Shown: positions 49,985 through 54,332 of the stretch, one piece after another
Position numbering within the stretch: position 1 is the stretch's first letter
How the letters are laid out: every line of letters starts with the position of its first letter
Source: Octopus sinensis
Taxonomy: Eukaryota
Reading direction: 5' to 3'
DNA: 54,332 bases
Assembly (NCBI RefSeq): GCF_006345805.1
Contig: NW_021833866.1
Location: 1-54,332, forward strand
Made by a program: the position numbers and the translations under genes
The notes under the pieces: model-generated
The model's input: only the letters and a program-made list of their open reading frames with translations
Told to the model about the DNA's origin: nothing
Databases searched by the model: none

Positions 49985-50150
49985 ACCAAACCTTTTTTCT
50001 ATTTTCTCTCCCTGTTTATTTCTGTAATCCTTTCTGTCGAAGAGCGTAGGGTCGAAACGTAAAAGACTTTCTCACTTTCCGAGTGTTAAACTAATACATC
50101 TGTTTGTTGTTGACACACCCTTCATCGTCTTTTGCTTTTTGAAATTCTCA
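49985..50150 (+). mobile_element. pLTR fragment with hammerhead-like motif (50030-50065)
   Basis: CTTT-CTGTCGA-A-GAGC-GTAG-GGTC-GAAAC-GTA-AAAG. Confidence 0.7.
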
Positions 50151-50152
50151 TA

Positions 50153-50199
<47 letters not shown>

Positions 50200-51367
50200 T
50201 GATGTATGTATGTATGTATGTATCAGTAAATATTGTATACTTGGCTTTGATTTCTTTATAACCATAAAATTACACATTGAAAGATCTAAAACAGTGATGG
50301 TGAGAGTCGGCAGAGATGGGCGGTGTTTTTTAAAGTGACACATAATGGAGTTTGACTTTAAAAAGTTTCTCGTTAGCAATCATTTAATAAAGAAGCTACT
50401 CTTGTAAGTATTTACCTTCAACGAAAACACATGAATACATTCAAGTGATATTCTGTAACAGGTTTATTACAGAAATTATATATTTCGAGACGGCGAACTT
50501 AAAAGTACCACCATTACTGATCTAAAATAAGTTTGTGGACTATTGTTGTTGTTGATGCTGCTGCTACTGCTGTTGTTGTTGTTGTCGTCGTAGTCGACGT
50601 TGTTGTTGTTGTTGTTTAAATGTCTGTTTTATTGCTGGTTTCAAAATATTTGGAAATTAATAACATTAATGTCGATTATCTGACTTGTTTCTTCAAATAT
50701 TTTCGCTCCTGTCATGATATGGGAGTGAAAGAGACGAATCTACGACGAAAAAAAAAAAAAAGAGTGACAAAATAATTTGTAAAATGTCGCAGAAATAAAC
50801 GCTACAGCTCATACGCAATTATCTTAATTAAAATGTTATTTAATTAAGATATTGAATAAGATGTAATTTTTGTAAAAATGTGTCATTCTATAAATTGTGA
50901 TGTCATTGGGTAAGGTCAGTTAAGATGGGACATAAAATTATTTGCTGTTTATTTATATATTTATATAGTTTTAAGGGTTCAGAAAAATAACTTAAAACAA
51001 ATAAATTAACAGGAAATTTTGAAGGAAATTTGGAATTTAGTCAAAAAAAATTCCTGTCACATAACCAAAGGTGTCTCAGGTGAATGAGGGGTATCAAAGG
51101 AATTCAAATAAAAAGGGTCTTTTTTTTCTCTTGAGACTTTCTTTCCTCGCCAAACATTTGACATTTTCTTTTCCGTTCCTTTCTGTTCACCGATTTGCCG
51201 ATGTTTACCCCATCATAATCAAATTGTCCCTATCCTATAGAGTTTGACTAAATGACCAGTTTCGATCCCTCCACCAATTGCTTTATATACCCGCCACCCG
51301 GATGAAGCGCATACACTTCAACACCAAGTCTTAAATTCCAAGACATGCAGCGTCAACATTTGGTCAC

Positions 51368-51592
51368 TGCTCTCTCTCTCTCTCTCTCTCCTTCCCTCCT
51401 CTCTCTCTCTCTTACCCTTTCTCTATCTAGTCCCTCTCTCTTTCTCCCCCTCTCTCTTTCTCCCCCTCTCTCCTTCTCTCCCTCTCTCCCCATCTGCACC
51501 CACTCTATTCCTTCTTCCTCTCTCTCTTTCCTTCTCTCTCTTTCTCTCTCGTTATTTCCTTCTCGCTTTCTCTCTCTCTCCCCCTCTCTCTA
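51368..51592. repeat. (CT)-rich polypyrimidine tract
   Basis: Read directly. Confidence 0.9.
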
Positions 51593-52005
51593 AGCACGCC
51601 TGTTGTTTTCTGCTACTAATGATGCCGTTATCGTTGTTGCTATTGCTGATGGTGTTGCCATATTTAACCCTAGGTCAACCTTGACTGAGCAACCTTTTGA
51701 TCAACAGAAATTTCCGCTGTAACCATCTTTCTTTTTTATGCTTATCTAGGACTCCACTATCCAAACATTTAGCTGCTACTTCTAGCAGACTGAGTGAGCA
51801 CTGATGATGACCGCAACACCACAGATTGTACGATCCACAGATCTACCATGCTACAGTGTATTCCAATGACCGATAATATTTGATGCTGCACTTACTTCTA
51901 TTTCTAGTACATCAAGCGACTGGCTAGGAGCCTGCATTGTTGGTTTAGTTCGATTTTCTTATATGTGAATGTATATGTGAATGTGTGTAGGTGTGTGTAT
52001 GTGTA

Positions 52006-52053
<48 letters not shown>

Positions 52054-52059
52054 TATAAC

Positions 52060-53310
52060 GGGAAGGTTTACAAAAATAAACAAAAGACGAAGGCAGGTGG
52101 AGTACAAACAAACAATGTATTAGTATGGCGCTCAGGAATAGAAATAAAACAAGTCTTTTACGTTTCGAGCCTACGCTCTTCGACAGAAAGATACACAGAA
52201 AAGAAACAAGGAGAGAAAAAAATTGCATGTAGGAGCTAACGATCCAACATGGCGTTCTGATTTCAGGAGAAGTCAGAGATCGGAGGTCAAACGTTAGAGA
52301 TCAGACGTTAGACGCTAGAGGGATAGTAGGGGAGATAACAGGGTCAAGTGACCTCGCTCCAACCTGAAGGTGCGTGTGTGCATAAGAGAGTATGTATGTG
52401 CATGTGGAAGAGGGGTGGTGGTCTAGACGTGTGTATGTATGTATGATGTGATGTGTAATGTCGTATGGTGTAGTGTAGTGTGGTGTGGGGGGAGGAGATG
52501 GGGGGAGAAGGGGAGACGGGATAGGGGAGGAGGAGGAGGAGGAGGAGGAGGAGGGATAGGAGAAGGAAGGGGAAGGGGAAGGGGAGAAGAATGGAGGGGA
52601 GAGGGAGAGGAAGAGGAGGGGAAAGGCGGGGAGAGGGAGAGGAGGAGGAGGAGGGGAAGAGAAGGGGAGTGAGGGAGCAGAGAGAAAGAGAGAGGGGGAA
52701 GAGGGAAGAAGGGAAGAGGAGGAAAAGAGAGTAGGGGTGAAAAGATGAAGGATTGAAGAGAAGTAGGAGTCGGGGGGAGGTGAGATGAAAAGGGGGGTAG
52801 ATGAAAAGAGGGGGAGAGTTGAGACCAAATGGCGTAAAAGAGCGAAGAGAGAAGATTAATCCCTGTTCACGGCGCAAACGGGAATCCGGATGGCCTCTGT
52901 GCAAGGTCAATCCGAACACAGACAGGTGTTCCAAGGAGTGACCGGTGGAGCGGAAATGGCGTGAGACCGGTGTGTCATTGGCCAGGCGGATGTCTCGGAG
53001 GTGTCCGCGAACCGGTCAGCCAAGCGGCGTCCCGTTTGTCCGATGTACAGGGAATGGCAGAGAGAGCAGGAGATGCAATAGATGATATTGCTGGAGGTAC
53101 AGATGAAGGAGTCGATGATGCGATATATATATCGTTAGCCACTACGCACATTTTTTTCTCTCCTTGTTTTTTCTGTGTACCTTTCTGTAGAAGAGCGTAG
53201 GCTCGAAACGTAAAAGACTTTTTGTATTCCCGAGCGCTATACTAATACATCTGTTTGTTTTGTACACCACCTGTCTTCGTCTTTTGTTTATTTTCGTAAA
53301 CTTTCCCTTT
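52060..53310 (-). mobile_element. 5'-truncated Penelope-like element: GIY-YIG end plus 3' UTR, flanked by inverted pLTRs that each carry a hammerhead-like motif
   Basis: 53122->52815 reads CTSSNIIYCISCSLCHSLYIGQTGRRLADRFA/EHLRDIR...REQGLIFSLRSFTPFGLN (one frameshift); 52060-52235 is the reverse complement of 53138-53310. Confidence 0.88.
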
Positions 53311-54148
53311 ATATATATTATTATGTATGTGTGTGGTGTGTGTGTGTCTGTGTGTGTGTTTGTTTGTGTGTGTGTGTGAGTGTGATTGTATGCGTAAGTG
53401 TATCTATGTATATACGTCAGTGTGTTGGTGGTGATTGAAATTTAAAAGAGAGGTGAGGCTGGGTGAATAGGAGCCCTTCCCGATTAATCCCCTCATGGCT
53501 CTCACGTCATCAGACTTCTTACTGACAACTAATAACTTAATTACCCGAAGAACTTTCTCAAGAATTCTTACGCAATGAAAGATGATAGTTTTCCATAACT
53601 CTCCAATCACCAGTCTCTCTTTTCCCACCTCACTCTCCCCGCTTCTCTCTCACTTTCTCACTCTCCACCTTCTCCCTTTCCGTCACCCCCTTCTCTCTCT
53701 CTCACGGCGTTCCCTAATAACCACATCCAGATATCTTTCACCAATTTTCTTCTGTTTCAAATTCGTTACTAAAACGTAAACCTACATCTATGACTGATTG
53801 AGCCTCCATTAATCGAAGTTACACATGGATCTGCACAAGTATGCCCAGTTGTGGACAGGAATTTTCTCTTAGAGGGAAGACTGACCGTTGTCCATGCGTG
53901 CCCTCCATTTAGACACTTGCAGCCGACTTCTCCTTCTCCCCACCCCTTGTTGTGTCTATTCCCCAGAGACCCGTACTAATTACAGGGTCCGGTCCTTCCC
54001 AGAACATCGCTGGTGCCGTAGGGGTTCCGTCATCACATGCAGCGAGGTTTGAGAATTTTAGACTTGAAGGAGGACCCCCGAACCCCACCCCACCCCCAGT
54101 ATCTGACTACAACCGATATCTTGCAGAAAGTCAAACAACCGGGAAAAG

Positions 54149-54191
<43 letters not shown>

Positions 54192-54332
54192 GAAGAGAAA
54201 AGAAGAGAAGAGAGAGGGGGAAGGAGGAAGAGAAAGACGAGAATCAGCCCCGATACAAGCCTAAGATTGTATTTATTGATCCACCCCAACCCACGGAAAG
54301 TTGAAAACCAAAGTTCACCTGGGAAGAGTTTG

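Noticed and set aside
53455-53525. Minus-strand CTGATGA with GAGCC/GGCTC stem
   Set aside because: No GAAA strand or cleavage triplet follows

Overview
This is eukaryotic, AT-rich DNA saturated with microsatellites. The SINE families, the (TACA)n/(TA)n load and the transposon mix point to an octopod cephalopod (Octopus sp.). That assignment is inferred from recalled repeat families and was not database-checked. No intact host protein-coding gene can be supported, and nearly all supplied ORFs are translations of simple repeats. The window looks like a large intron or intergenic desert. It holds decayed DNA transposons (a full-length IR-DR Tc1, a DD34D mariner, two maT/DD37D relics, MITEs, four non-autonomous Helitron pieces), LINE relics (RTE/BovB-like, Dong/R4-like, CR1-like), Penelope-like elements (PLEs; two clear GIY-YIG domains) and about 15 tRNA-derived SINE copies. 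The most notable hidden structure is a dispersed set of about a dozen minimal type-I hammerhead-ribozyme-like motifs tied to PLE terminal repeats. These include a family with a shared non-canonical core (CUGUNGA, A6->U) and helix-III segments that differ in sequence but mostly stay palindromic. There are also several long fold-back hairpins; in one, all four internal mismatches become G-U pairs on the minus strand. All alignments and folds were done by eye, and no catalytic activity or transcription is demonstrated.
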